NCBI GenBank assembly: GCA_963799845.1
Contig: CAWCYI010000007.1
Coordinates: forward strand, 32,001 to 96,000
Source: an uncultured Nitrososphaerota archaeon
Lineage (GTDB): Archaea > Thermoproteota > Nitrososphaeria > Nitrososphaerales > CADDZS01
Direction of reading: 5' to 3'
Length of the DNA stretch: 64,000 bases
Of the stretch, positions 30,157 through 39,520 are shown one piece after another (the first letter of the stretch is position 1; every line of letters starts with the position of its first letter). The position numbers and the translations under genes were made by a program. The notes under the pieces were generated by a model that had not been told where the DNA came from, made no database searches, and worked only from the letters and a program-made list of their open reading frames with translations.

Positions 30157-30888
30157 ATGACCGAAATGCTGTATCTTTATGATCACTATCTCAAGGAATT
30201 TGACGCTCGGGTAATCGAGATTCCCGATGAAAAATCAGTGGTTCTCGACAGAACGGCGCTTTATCCTCGAGGCGGTGGGCAGCCTTCAGACAAAGGAACC
30301 ATTGCGTTTCAAGGCGGGAAGAGATCTGTGGTCATCGAATCATCCAAAGATCACGAAAAAGTGACGCATCAACTATCGGAGCCGATATCTGAGGAAGATA
30401 GAAAGTCTCTGGAAAATAGTGAGGTGAAAGGGATCGTTGACTGGGAGCTCCGTTACAAGCACATGCGCCACCACACGGCGCTCCACATTCTTTCAGGAGT
30501 TGTATATCACAAATTCGTCTCGAAAATCACGGGTGGACAGATCTATCCAGAAAGAGCCAGGCTGGATTTTACGCTTGACGACCTCAGCAAAGAAAGACTC
30601 GGTATCATCGAGTCGGAAATGAATCGGATTGTTTCAGAAAACAGAGAGGTGAGGACTTTCTGGCTGACCACCGAGGAGGCGCTTCAAAGGAAGGAGCTCT
30701 ATAGATTGTCCATCGATCTCCTGCCTAAAGGATTTGAAAAATTGAGGATCGTTGACATTGTCGGGTTCGATGCCCAGCTCGACGGCGGGACTCATGTTTC
30801 AAGAACCGGAGAGATTGGACCGATAAGGATCTCTAGAACGGAGAACAAAGGCAAGGATAACAAGAGAATCGAAATCGTTCTCGGTTAG
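30157..30888 (+). CDS. alaXM: AlaX-M trans-editing Ser/Gly-tRNA(Ala) deacylase
   Basis: YPRGGGQPSD, MRHHTALH, DGGTH; ATG 30157 preferred as start. Confidence 0.92.
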   Translation: MTEMLYLYDHYLKEFDARVIEIPDEKSVVLDRTALYPRGGGQPSDKGTIAFQGGKRSVVIESSKDHEKVTHQLSEPISEEDRKSLENSEVKGIVDWELRYKHMRHHTALHILSGVVYHKFVSKITGGQIYPERARLDFTLDDLSKERLGIIESEMNRIVSENREVRTFWLTTEEALQRKELYRLSIDLLPKGFEKLRIVDIVGFDAQLDGGTHVSRTGEIGPIRISRTENKGKDNKRIEIVLG

Positions 30889-31070
30889 GGCGCAGGTTCA
30901 CCGTAGATTCATTTGTTGCATGAAGAGCACGGCTCTAGCTCAAATTCCTCCTTGTTTGCCCGTGGATGCGAATACTTATTCTTAATCGTTCTTTAAATTC
31001 TAGTTCCCATTGATTCATTAAGAAAAAAATTTTCTGCGTTTCTACACACGTGAGCACTTTTTGGCCGAAG

Positions 31071-31152
31071 AGCTACGTTCGAGCTCTGTAAGCTCAGAAG
31101 AGCTCGAAACGTGCTGAACGGAGCTTAGAGAGCTCAAATCGCATTGAACGGA
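31071..31152. repeat. Intergenic array of AGCT motifs at about 10-bp spacing, with a 15-bp inverted repeat
   Basis: AGCT at 31071, 31082, 31091, 31101, 31122 and 31131 (TGCT at 31112). Arms 31081-31095 and 31121-31135 are 14/15 complementary. Confidence 0.75.
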
Positions 31153-31243
31153 TTACACAGATTTCATAAGATCATAGCACGAAATCTCTGGTAATTCCGC
31201 AGACCAGTCGATCGGACTTTTTTTCGAAATCGTGAATCATAAC

Positions 31244-32789
31244 TCAAGTTTGCGATCTGTTTCTTCTAACCACAAGAAGACTCGCGATCATTACTACGAC
31301 AACGACCCCGACCGCCTCAAGATAATTCAGAGAAATCGAAGTACTGCTGCTCGAACTAGTTGTTTGAGCTGGGCTGGGAGTTGAACCAATGCTGGTAGAT
31401 TGAGTCGAGGATGGTGCAGAGGTACTCGCAATGGAAGAAACGGTTGTGGACGACACTGGGGCAACCGAAGAAGTCGTCGATAGCAAGGTGGAAGTTGCGG
31501 AGCTTGAAGAACTTGTAGTCGAACTAGCCACGGCTCCTTGAGCAAATTCTAGCACACGATTATTTAGCCCATCACTAACCCAAAGGTTTCCAGAAGAATC
31601 AAATGCTATTCCATCATTCCCGTACAGACTTGATTGGGTATCGTTCGTCGGACCGCTGACTGGTGAAATACTGGTAAAGTTTGGCTGCCCTATCACTTGA
31701 GTCGCGTTTTCATCCATGGAGAAGGGCTGGGGGAATTCGAGAACTCTGCCATTAGTGTCATCAGATACCCAGAGGTTTCCCGATCGATCAAACGCCAAGG
31801 AATCCGGGAAGCCAAGGCAGCCTGCGCCACCAGAAATGCAAAAGAAACTTGAGACTGAATTGAGGTCCTTCACTCCAAGAGCCAGGTTGGCGCTCTCTCC
31901 AATTGAAAGCGGAGAATTATATCTCAAAACCCTGCCGGCATGCGGATCCCCTACCCAGAGATTTCCAGATGAATCGAATGCGACAGCAACCGGACCATTC
32001 AGACTCGTTGGGGACGTTTGCGCGGAACAACTTAGCGGACACCCCGGAATGTCCTGAACTCCTGATGTAAAATTCGATTGACCAATAACTAGACTCTCAC
32101 TTTCCCCCGTGGTAAGAGGAGACTTGAATTCGACGACTCTATCATATCCTGTATCTGCGACCCACAGATTACCTGAAGAATCAAACGCTATCCCGGTTGG
32201 CATATTAAGATCAGACTGAGTCGCGGTACTATCCGGATTGCTGCCAGCAGTAAAATTCTCCTGCCCCAGCACTACACTTTCGTTTTCTCCGTTGGTAAAG
32301 GGTGCCATGAATTCAACGATTCTATCACTAGTGCTATCACTCACCCACAAGTTGCCCGACGAGTCAAAGGCAAGGCCGGAAGGCTCAGTCAAATCTGTTT
32401 GATTAGGGGCAGCTGAAAGATCCCGAAGAGACGAAATTTGACGAACCTAGAACAGTGCTGGCACTTTCCCCGCTGGTAAACGGCTGTGCAAATTCCAAGA
32501 CTCTGCCGTTACTTGAATCGACTACCCAAAGATTGCCGTGTGAGTCAAATGTCAAGGCGTACGGAGAAAGTAGGCTGGATTGGGTGGGAGGCGTAGTCCC
32601 GTTTCTAGAGGCGAAATTGTTGAAACCGATAACGGTCGACGCACTCTGTCCATTCGCAAACGCGTACGCGCGAGGAGTTGCGACAACGGATGAGCTCAGA
32701 AAAATAATGAATATCGCCAAACCCGACGTAAATGTGAAGAGATTCCTTTTCCCGAACTTGGTTTGAAGAATGCTGGTTTTTCGAGTCAT
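31244..32789 (-). CDS. Membrane-anchored NHL-repeat surface protein (frameshift at 32415)
   Basis: Signal peptide; six (A/T)FDxxGNLWV repeats; Ser/Thr linker; C-terminal TM plus RRNR. Removing G32415 fuses the two ORFs. Confidence 0.88.
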
Positions 32790-32841
32790 CTTCTATGCAG
32801 CTTTCGCCTGGTTAGAACATGGGATCGAGTTAAACTTTTTG

Positions 32842-32856
32842 CGCAACAGGCCAGAA
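32842..32856 (+). repeat. Left target-site duplication CGCAACAGGCCAGAA
   Basis: Identical to 33893-33907. Confidence 0.9.
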
Positions 32857-33892
32857 TCTCTTATCAAACAATTATTTCGCTCCATAGTCAACAAGGTTAG
32901 GCTGGGGGACTATTGGAGGAGCATCTGGAAGAAGCATGGCTATGGGTCAAGAAAGCTTTCAGAGGAAAAGGTGGTGTGGGTGGTCAAGGCTAGAGAGAGC
33001 GGCCTTGCAGCCAGGGATATCGCATCAACCCAGAACATCACCGTGAGAAGAGTGGAGCAGCTTTATGCCCAATACAGGGAATCCGGAGAGATACCATCTC
33101 TCAAGAAGGCAGGCAGAAAAAGAATCGAGATCCCAATTGAGGAGAGGAATGCGATCATCGAAGCTTCAAGGAAGTTTGGCGTCGGAGCCTGCTACCTCGT
33201 TTCAATCCTCAAGAGAGATTACGGCATCGATGAAACAAACCACATGCGAGTCTATAGCGTATTGAAGGAGGAAGGATTGTTGTACAATACAGCAAGGACG
33301 CGCTTCAAGCGCAAGTGGATCAGATATGAAAGGGAGCATTCCAATTCGTTGTGGCACGTCGATTGGCACGAGATGAAATCGTCAGTATACAGGGGCAAGT
33401 GGCTGGTAATCTACGAGGATGACGCATCGAGGTACATCCTGGGTTATGGCGTGTTTGACTCTCCGTCGTCTGAAAATGCAGTGAGCGTCCTGAAGGAAGC
33501 GATCAGGGAACATGGCAGACCAGCATCAATCCTCTCAGACAGAGGTACATCCTTCTATGCGGTCGAAGCTGAAACAAAAACGAAAGGTCTCACTGAATTC
33601 GAGCTCTATCTGATGAGGAATCACATCAAACATATTCTTTCAAGAGTGAGACATCCCCAAACCAATGGAAAATTGGAGAAGCTCTTTGATACGGTTGAAA
33701 GAGGACTCGCGAAGGGATTCTCTCCGATTGAGGAGTGCGTACGCTGGTACAACTGCATCAAGCCCCACGGAGCCCTTGATCTGGAGAGAGCTGAAACTCC
33801 ACTGGAAGCCTACTACAGGAAGATGGAAATAAAAGAGGAACTCATAGATCCTTCAATCATGTGGGAGAGCGAAATGATTCTTTGATAGAACA
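32857..33892 (+). mobile_element. IS481-family insertion sequence (1036 bp)
   Basis: 26-bp imperfect terminal inverted repeats (21/26): TCTCTTATCAAACAATTATTTCGCTC vs TGTTCTATCAAAGAATCATTTCGCTC; flanked by a perfect 15-bp direct repeat. Confidence 0.92.
32923..33885 (+). CDS. IS481-family DDE transposase
   Basis: N-terminal HTH; LWHVDW, EDDASR, SDRG, HPQTNGKLEK, YN..KPH. Track start 32770 lies outside the IS; true start uncertain. Confidence 0.92.
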   Translation: MWKKHGYGSRKLSEEKVVWVVKARESGLAARDIASTQNITVRRVEQLYAQYRESGEIPSLKKAGRKRIEIPIEERNAIIEASRKFGVGACYLVSILKRDYGIDETNHMRVYSVLKEEGLLYNTARTRFKRKWIRYEREHSNSLWHVDWHEMKSSVYRGKWLVIYEDDASRYILGYGVFDSPSSENAVSVLKEAIREHGRPASILSDRGTSFYAVEAETKTKGLTEFELYLMRNHIKHILSRVRHPQTNGKLEKLFDTVERGLAKGFSPIEECVRWYNCIKPHGALDLERAETPLEAYYRKMEIKEELIDPSIMWESEMIL

Positions 33893-33907
33893 CGCAACAG
33901 GCCAGAA
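33893..33907 (+). repeat. Right target-site duplication CGCAACAGGCCAGAA
   Basis: Identical to 32842-32856. Confidence 0.9.
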
Positions 33908-34152
33908 CAAAAGTTACAAAACTTTCTTCCAGTATTCGAATTCCGTTTTCGAATCTCTGCAAAATGGACAAGCCACACATCGAAATCATTCGAGAAATGG
34001 CCGAGGCTTAGACCATGTACGTCGCGTCCCGTACTCTAACTGCTGATCGAAAGAGGTCAATTGCTTAGAAATGCAATCAGATCGCTGAAAAGGGCTATAG
34101 CTATTCGAGTGCCTTGACTTAATAGCGCGCGTTTTCGATTGGACAGAGAGGG

Positions 34153-34887
34153 ATGAATGAGATGGTAAGTCTGACAGATGAAAAAATAATTCAAGAGTTG
34201 CGAAAATTCGATACGGCGACTATTTGCAACGTCGTGGCAACTTATCCGGACAGCGACATATGCCTCAAGCTTTACGATTCTTGGAGAGGAGAGTACTATA
34301 CTGATACCTCGATACGGTGCATTTACCCAGAGTACGGTCCGGTTTGCGGTTATGCGGCGACCGCCTGGTACTCTGACGAGACTTGGGAAAACACGAAACT
34401 TGACCCGTGGTTACTCTACGAGCACTTGGAGAGAACTAAACGACCAGTCGTCCTCGTAGCAAGGCAGACGTATTCTCCTGGCCTGGAAAAGCTGGCGGGA
34501 TTGTTTGGAGGAATGATGACGACCGAATTCAAGGCCTTCGGAGTCGTAGGCGTTCTTACAGATGGCCCCATGAGAGATTATGTCGAGATCAAAGATTCCG
34601 GAATACAGTATCTTGCAACCGGAATGACTTCCGGACATGGGCCTGTCCAGCTCAGGGGCGCTGGAATCCCAATCAATATTGCTGGACTCTCAGTTTCCCC
34701 TGGAGATGTAATTCACATGGACCAGTGCGGTGCATGCAAGTTCCCCGCAGAAAAACTTCCAAAAGTCCTTGAATATGCCACCGAGCTGATTCGAAGGGAA
34801 ACGGAAGGAAAGAAAAGATTCCAAGATCCTAATTTTTCTCTGACAAAATGGAAGAATGATGTCAAGGGAAAACGAGCGGAAAAGTAA
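34153..34887 (+). CDS. RraA/HMG-aldolase family protein
   Basis: FDTATICN, CGYAAT, FGGMM, TDGPMRD, PGDVIHMD. Confidence 0.88.
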   Translation: MNEMVSLTDEKIIQELRKFDTATICNVVATYPDSDICLKLYDSWRGEYYTDTSIRCIYPEYGPVCGYAATAWYSDETWENTKLDPWLLYEHLERTKRPVVLVARQTYSPGLEKLAGLFGGMMTTEFKAFGVVGVLTDGPMRDYVEIKDSGIQYLATGMTSGHGPVQLRGAGIPINIAGLSVSPGDVIHMDQCGACKFPAEKLPKVLEYATELIRRETEGKKRFQDPNFSLTKWKNDVKGKRAEK

Positions 34888-34973
34888 CCGTCGAAACTTC
34901 AGCGTCAGCTCCTTTGAAAAAATCTATTGAACCAATTAGATTCTTGATTGGGTTCAGGAATATCTAACTAGAA

Positions 34974-35635
34974 CTATTTCGGTGGGGAGCGAAGTTTTTG
35001 GATTTCTCTGATTACGTCGGTACCTCTTCGCCTAATTGATGAAGTGATGAATGGAAAGATCCACAAGTCGTACCTCAATGGCCGGCCCCCAATTCCTTGA
35101 ATTGTGAGAGGTATGAAAGCCGATCCTAAGAAAATCGCTCCTGAAACATACAACGCGATTGCCTCGTACGTGAATTCACTTAACAGATCTTTAGGAAGTA
35201 GTTTCTTTTGCTCATCAGCGAGGACGGATGTAAAAAATCCAAGGATAAGTAACATTACCCCGAGATCGATTGCATAAGCGATGGAAACAACGTTGGAAAA
35301 TCACCGGGGATTGCTCGGAGCTGAACTAGGGGATCTCACGAGGTTGAAGAGGAAAGATTCTATCGAAACGGTAAAAAGTAGCAGTGTGTTGAGCGAGATG
35401 CTACGTCGATTTTCAATAGGGAGGACGACATTATCTTCGTGTATCTCATCCACACTGAGATCAGAATAAGAAAGCCGAAATCAAAAGCTAAGATGTCATT
35501 GTAGAGAGCACCACCGGTCGTGGGAGGATTGCCGACTAGAGTAATCGCACCAACGGAGAGTGCCAATCCAAAGATCATATCAGACAGAGACTCGATCCTG
35601 GGCCTCGGACGGGTTTCAGTTTGAGAGTCAGACAT
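34974..35635 (-). CDS. TMEM175/DUF1211-like membrane channel, interrupted by indels
   Basis: RIESLSDMIFGLAL. Frame restored as MSVLPIENRRSISLNTLLLF; apparent stop near 35301 is probably from compensating indels. Confidence 0.7.
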
Positions 35636-35767
35636 TGGGTATACGAAGCCGTCTTTAGTGGTTTAAGCTTACCAGACTTCTCAAATCCACTTTCGGCCAA
35701 TGATGAAAGCTAAAGAACTAATTGCCAATCACCAAACTGAATTAATGATCACGGGGAAGTTTCGATT

Positions 35768-36445
35768 GTGAGTTCTGAAGTTCACCATGTAGTTCCCGGG
35801 TTAGGCAAGGGAAGACTAGAGTCCCTCACCGACGGTATTTTCGGAACTGTAATGACGGTACTTGTCTTGAGCTTGACCATTCCCATCATAACGACAAACT
35901 CGGGGCTTGCATCGGAGAACGCCCAACTGGCTGCAGCCCTAAACGCTCTGTATCCGAATATCTTGAGCTACGTAATTAGTTTTGCAATTCTCGGAACATT
36001 CTGGATCAGGCATCACAGCATGTTCCATTACGTTATCAGAGTCGATCGGGTCCTTCTATGGCTCAACATCCTCTTTCTTTTGACGATTGGATTCATCCCG
36101 TTCTCAACCGCCCTAATTGGACTTTACTTTTACCTCCAGATACCACTCGTAATTTATGGAGCCAATCTGACCGCGACGAGCATTACCTCGCAGTTTCTCT
36201 GGTTTTACGCTACTGGCAAGAAGCTTCTTTCACCGGATTTGATTGATGAGAAAATAATGTCAAGAATCAATCGTAGGATAGTCTTCGGCCCGCTGGCATA
36301 CGTGGTTGGAATCGCGGTTTCGTTCTATTCGACGCAAATTACCATTCTGATATACATTGCAGCCTTGATATTTCTCATCATCAATAGTACGGTTGGTTAC
36401 CGGGTAAAGCATGGAGAAAACGTCAATCGTGAGCATCCATCCTAG
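35768..36445 (+). CDS. TMEM175/DUF1211 potassium channel
   Basis: RLESLTDGIFGTVMT, YVISF..FWIRHH, LN..FL..IPFST. Confidence 0.9.
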   Translation: MSSEVHHVVPGLGKGRLESLTDGIFGTVMTVLVLSLTIPIITTNSGLASENAQLAAALNALYPNILSYVISFAILGTFWIRHHSMFHYVIRVDRVLLWLNILFLLTIGFIPFSTALIGLYFYLQIPLVIYGANLTATSITSQFLWFYATGKKLLSPDLIDEKIMSRINRRIVFGPLAYVVGIAVSFYSTQITILIYIAALIFLIINSTVGYRVKHGENVNREHPS

Positions 36446-36525
36446 TTCGCGTCAGACTTGAATGTTCGCCCCTAAGATCTCCTTCAAGTTTCAAGAAAAA
36501 TAAAATCGAAATCGTCCGAGGATTT

Positions 36526-36792
36526 TCAGGTTCCGACGTAGGTACCTCGTGCTTCTACTGGGGTTAGACACTCGACGGCCACGAAACCGCACTTGAGGCA
36601 GATTGCCAGCACTTTAGGGACCAGTAATCGGTTCTTGATGTAGTCCCATTCAAGCGCGTCCAGGTCGTCGGGTACTATCACGGGAGGGTTCTCTAGAATA
36701 TCGAGCCTAATGTCGCAGTTAGGGCAGACTTTCCCGACGAGTGCAAGTGTGGAAGTCGGTTTACTCCTGGCGACCTTTCCTTCCGGTCTCAA
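36526..36792 (-). CDS. Small putative Zn-binding protein
   Basis: CPNC ... CLKCG. Confidence 0.55.
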   Translation of the reverse strand: MRPEGKVARSKPTSTLALVGKVCPNCDIRLDILENPPVIVPDDLDALEWDYIKNRLLVPKVLAICLKCGFVAVECLTPVEARGTYVGT

Positions 36793-36846
36793 ACGATATC
36801 CAGGGCTCGAAAACGTCGCGACCGCAATAAAAGATATTGCGCGACG

Positions 36847-37785
36847 CTACTTGCTGAGCAATCTCCAGGACATCACGATCCCTACGATGGAGAAGAAAGC
36901 CGCGAACCCTAATACGACGGAGAAGTCCATCCAGAGAGGATACGACCCCGTCGCGCCTATCAGGAGCTGGCGTATGGCATCGATAGAGTAGCTAATTGGA
37001 TTGACCTTAACGACGTCCTGCAGCCACGTCGGCATTATCTTCACCGGAAACAAGGCATTGCTGGCGAAGAGCAACGGAAGGTTTAGCAGGTTAATTATTG
37101 CCATCTGAGTCTGCCAATTACTCGATCTCAGCGAAAGCATGACGAACAGTCCAGAGAGCGCCATAGCGACCAAGAAGATTACCACGAATGTTCCCGCTAT
37201 CCCAAGCACCGAGAAGTTACTCGTCTCCATGCCAAGGGCTATCCCAATCAAAAGAACGGCCACGGCCTGAATCAGCGAGCGTCCCACACTCTGGAGAATC
37301 TTACCCATTACTATCGTCCCTCGGCTCACGGGTGTACTCAGTGCCTTATTCATGAAGCCGAACCTTCTGTCCCAGACGACTGACATGCCACTAAACGCAG
37401 AGTTGAAGAGGACAATGAAGACCACCATTCCACAAACTAGGTATGAAAAGTAACTGGTCGTACCGAAAAGCTCTGCAGGATTGCGTTGGCGTTGACGCCA
37501 GGTCCAGCCCCTGCCGTGATGAAAGATGTGAAGTTTAGGGCTTTTCCGAATAATCCCATCCAGATCACTGGTTGCACAAGCGAAATTATCAACTGATAGG
37601 GATTTGTGTACCACTTTCTCAAGTCTCTATTTGTCAAAGCCCATAGTCCATGAGTCGGATTTGTATTCAGCTTTGGGTTCGGCCTCGCCACCGCCTGTTC
37701 AGGAGCTGACAGCTGACCTAGGCCTTTCCAACGTAGAGTCTTGCGCTGCGATCTCCTTGATCGCAGGCTGTGATTTTTCTTCCAA
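36847..37785 (-). CDS. ABC-2 type exporter permease (two frameshifts, near 37708 and 37469)
   Basis: DRRFGFM..PVSR, FASNALFP, NPISY. TTG 37785 follows GGAGG and becomes in-frame after removing G37708. Confidence 0.88.
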
Positions 37786-37799
37786 AATCGATCTCCTCC

Positions 37800-38834
37800 C
37801 TAGGACCTCGCCGTCCGCATAGTCCTTCTTTGACTCATCATTGCCCACTTATTAGTCTCCTCTTCTCTGAGGGTGCGTCCAGTGAGCTCGAGATATGCTT
37901 CGTCGAGGGTGGGTTTTGTCAGAGAGATTTTCATGACGTGCATCCCTTTCGATCGAATAAGATCAATGATTTCTGGGGAAGCTTCCTCTCCCGCATCCGC
38001 TTTTATGCGGTAGTCGTTGCCGGTCTTGGTGACCGCTTTTACCAGATCGATTTTAGCAATATCCGCCGAGATGTCGGGTTCCGCTTCTTTGACCCCTATG
38101 ACAATAACATCTCCTCCAACGGTGGCCTTGAGCTCCTCGGGAGTGCCTATTTTGATTATGTGACCGTGGTCGATGATCGCGATCCGGTCGCAAAGAGAGT
38201 CTGCCTCTTCGAGGTAGTGGGTTGTCATGAAGAGCGTCATGTTGTAGTCCTGTTTGAGCTGGCGGATGTATTTCCAGACAGCAGCGCGCGTCTGGACATC
38301 GAGTCCGAGCGTCGGCTCGTCTAGGAAAAGAAGCTTGGGATAGTTGATGAGGCCGCAGGCAAGCTCCAACCTCCTACGCATTCCGCCGGAGAAAGTGCTC
38401 ACCTTTCTCTTTGCCGCGTCCTGAAGTTCAACCAAGTCGAGTAGTTCGACCGCATGGGCCTTCGAATCACTCCGAGGAATACCGTAAAGATCTCCGCAGA
38501 GCAGTATGTTTTCGTAGCCGGTCATGTCTTCGTCAGCCGTGTAATCTTGCGGGACAACCCCGACGCTTCGCCGCACTTCGTTGGCTTGTTTGTGTATGTC
38601 AAAACCACAGACCTCTGCTTTGCCTGAGGTCGGAGGCAGCAATGTGGTTAGCATATTGATCGTGGTGCTCTTTCCAGCACCGTTGGGTCCTAGAAACCCG
38701 AAAATCTCTCCCTCCTTCACCTCAAAACTGATACCGTCAACGGCTTTCGTCTTGCCATCGAAGCTCTTGCTCAGGTTTTCCACCTTGACGATAGAATTTC
38801 CTTCTTTTTCAACCATAGATTGATTTGTCATCAT
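37800..38834 (-). CDS. DrrA-like ABC exporter ATPase
   Basis: GPNGAGKS, FSGGM, LDEPT, THY. Confidence 0.95.
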   Translation of the reverse strand: MMTNQSMVEKEGNSIVKVENLSKSFDGKTKAVDGISFEVKEGEIFGFLGPNGAGKSTTINMLTTLLPPTSGKAEVCGFDIHKQANEVRRSVGVVPQDYTADEDMTGYENILLCGDLYGIPRSDSKAHAVELLDLVELQDAAKRKVSTFSGGMRRRLELACGLINYPKLLFLDEPTLGLDVQTRAAVWKYIRQLKQDYNMTLFMTTHYLEEADSLCDRIAIIDHGHIIKIGTPEELKATVGGDVIVIGVKEAEPDISADIAKIDLVKAVTKTGNDYRIKADAGEEASPEIIDLIRSKGMHVMKISLTKPTLDEAYLELTGRTLREEETNKWAMMSQRRTMRTARS

Positions 38835-38843
38835 TTTCGATAA

Positions 38844-39441
38844 TCACTTCCTCGTCCTAATTTCCACTGAAGGCTTGATCTCCCTCAGTGCCTCGTTAGC
38901 CCATTCAAGCTGGCGTTCGAGATTTAGGACGTATTCCTTCAAAATGTACTCCCTGTCCTTCGGAGGTATCACATTCATCTTGCTTGAGATGATCTCTTGA
39001 GCTGAGCTCAAACTGTTCCTTCGTGCCTTCGCTCATGAAACGCAACATGTCCTCAGGCTGGATTAGCTCGACGAAGAGTCGCCGCATTGCCATCCAGTTC
39101 CTTCCTGAGTTGCGGAGCATCTTTTCGTCTTCCTTGATAAATTCCAACCCGTTTGGCGTGATCGAGTAGACCTTTCTGTCCGCGCCGCGTGCGCCTGCAG
39201 CTGCCTTGATGTAGCCTTTGGTGACAAGTTTCTTGAGTATCGGGTATATCGATCCCGCACCGGGCCTCCAGGCACCCTCGGTCTTGCTGTCTATATCCTG
39301 GAGAATCTCGTAGCCGTGACACGGACTCTGAGAAATCTTATGTAGCATGTAGTGAAGCAGCAAACCTCTAGGAGCTCCCTGTGGATGCGTCAACGATTTA
39401 GTATCTTCATGTTCGTGCAATTCATTCGGATTGTTATTCAA
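38844..39441 (-). CDS. PadR family regulator (frameshift at 39004)
   Basis: HGYEI, PGAGSIYP, RKVYSIT. Removing G39004 extends the frame to TGA 38844. Confidence 0.9.
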
Positions 39442-39442
39442 T

Positions 39443-39462
39443 TATATGAATATATACATATA
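39443..39462. promoter_or_regulatory. Palindrome TATATGAATA/TATACATATA, candidate PadR operator in the divergent padR-MFS promoter
   Basis: 9/10 dyad symmetry directly upstream of the padR start; AT-rich, so chance is not excluded. Confidence 0.45.
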
Positions 39463-39520
39463 TCGCATCAGACATAGTTATATAGTCTGCAATTTACTCA
39501 GTTTAAAATTAATAGAATAC

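Noticed and set aside
31071-31152. Possible CRISPR mini-array
   Set aside because: Repeats are contiguous and degenerate without unique spacers; no cas genes in the window
32770-32922. N-terminal 51 codons of the track transposase ORF
   Set aside because: Begins outside the IS boundary and overlaps the NHL gene start; fortuitous open frame
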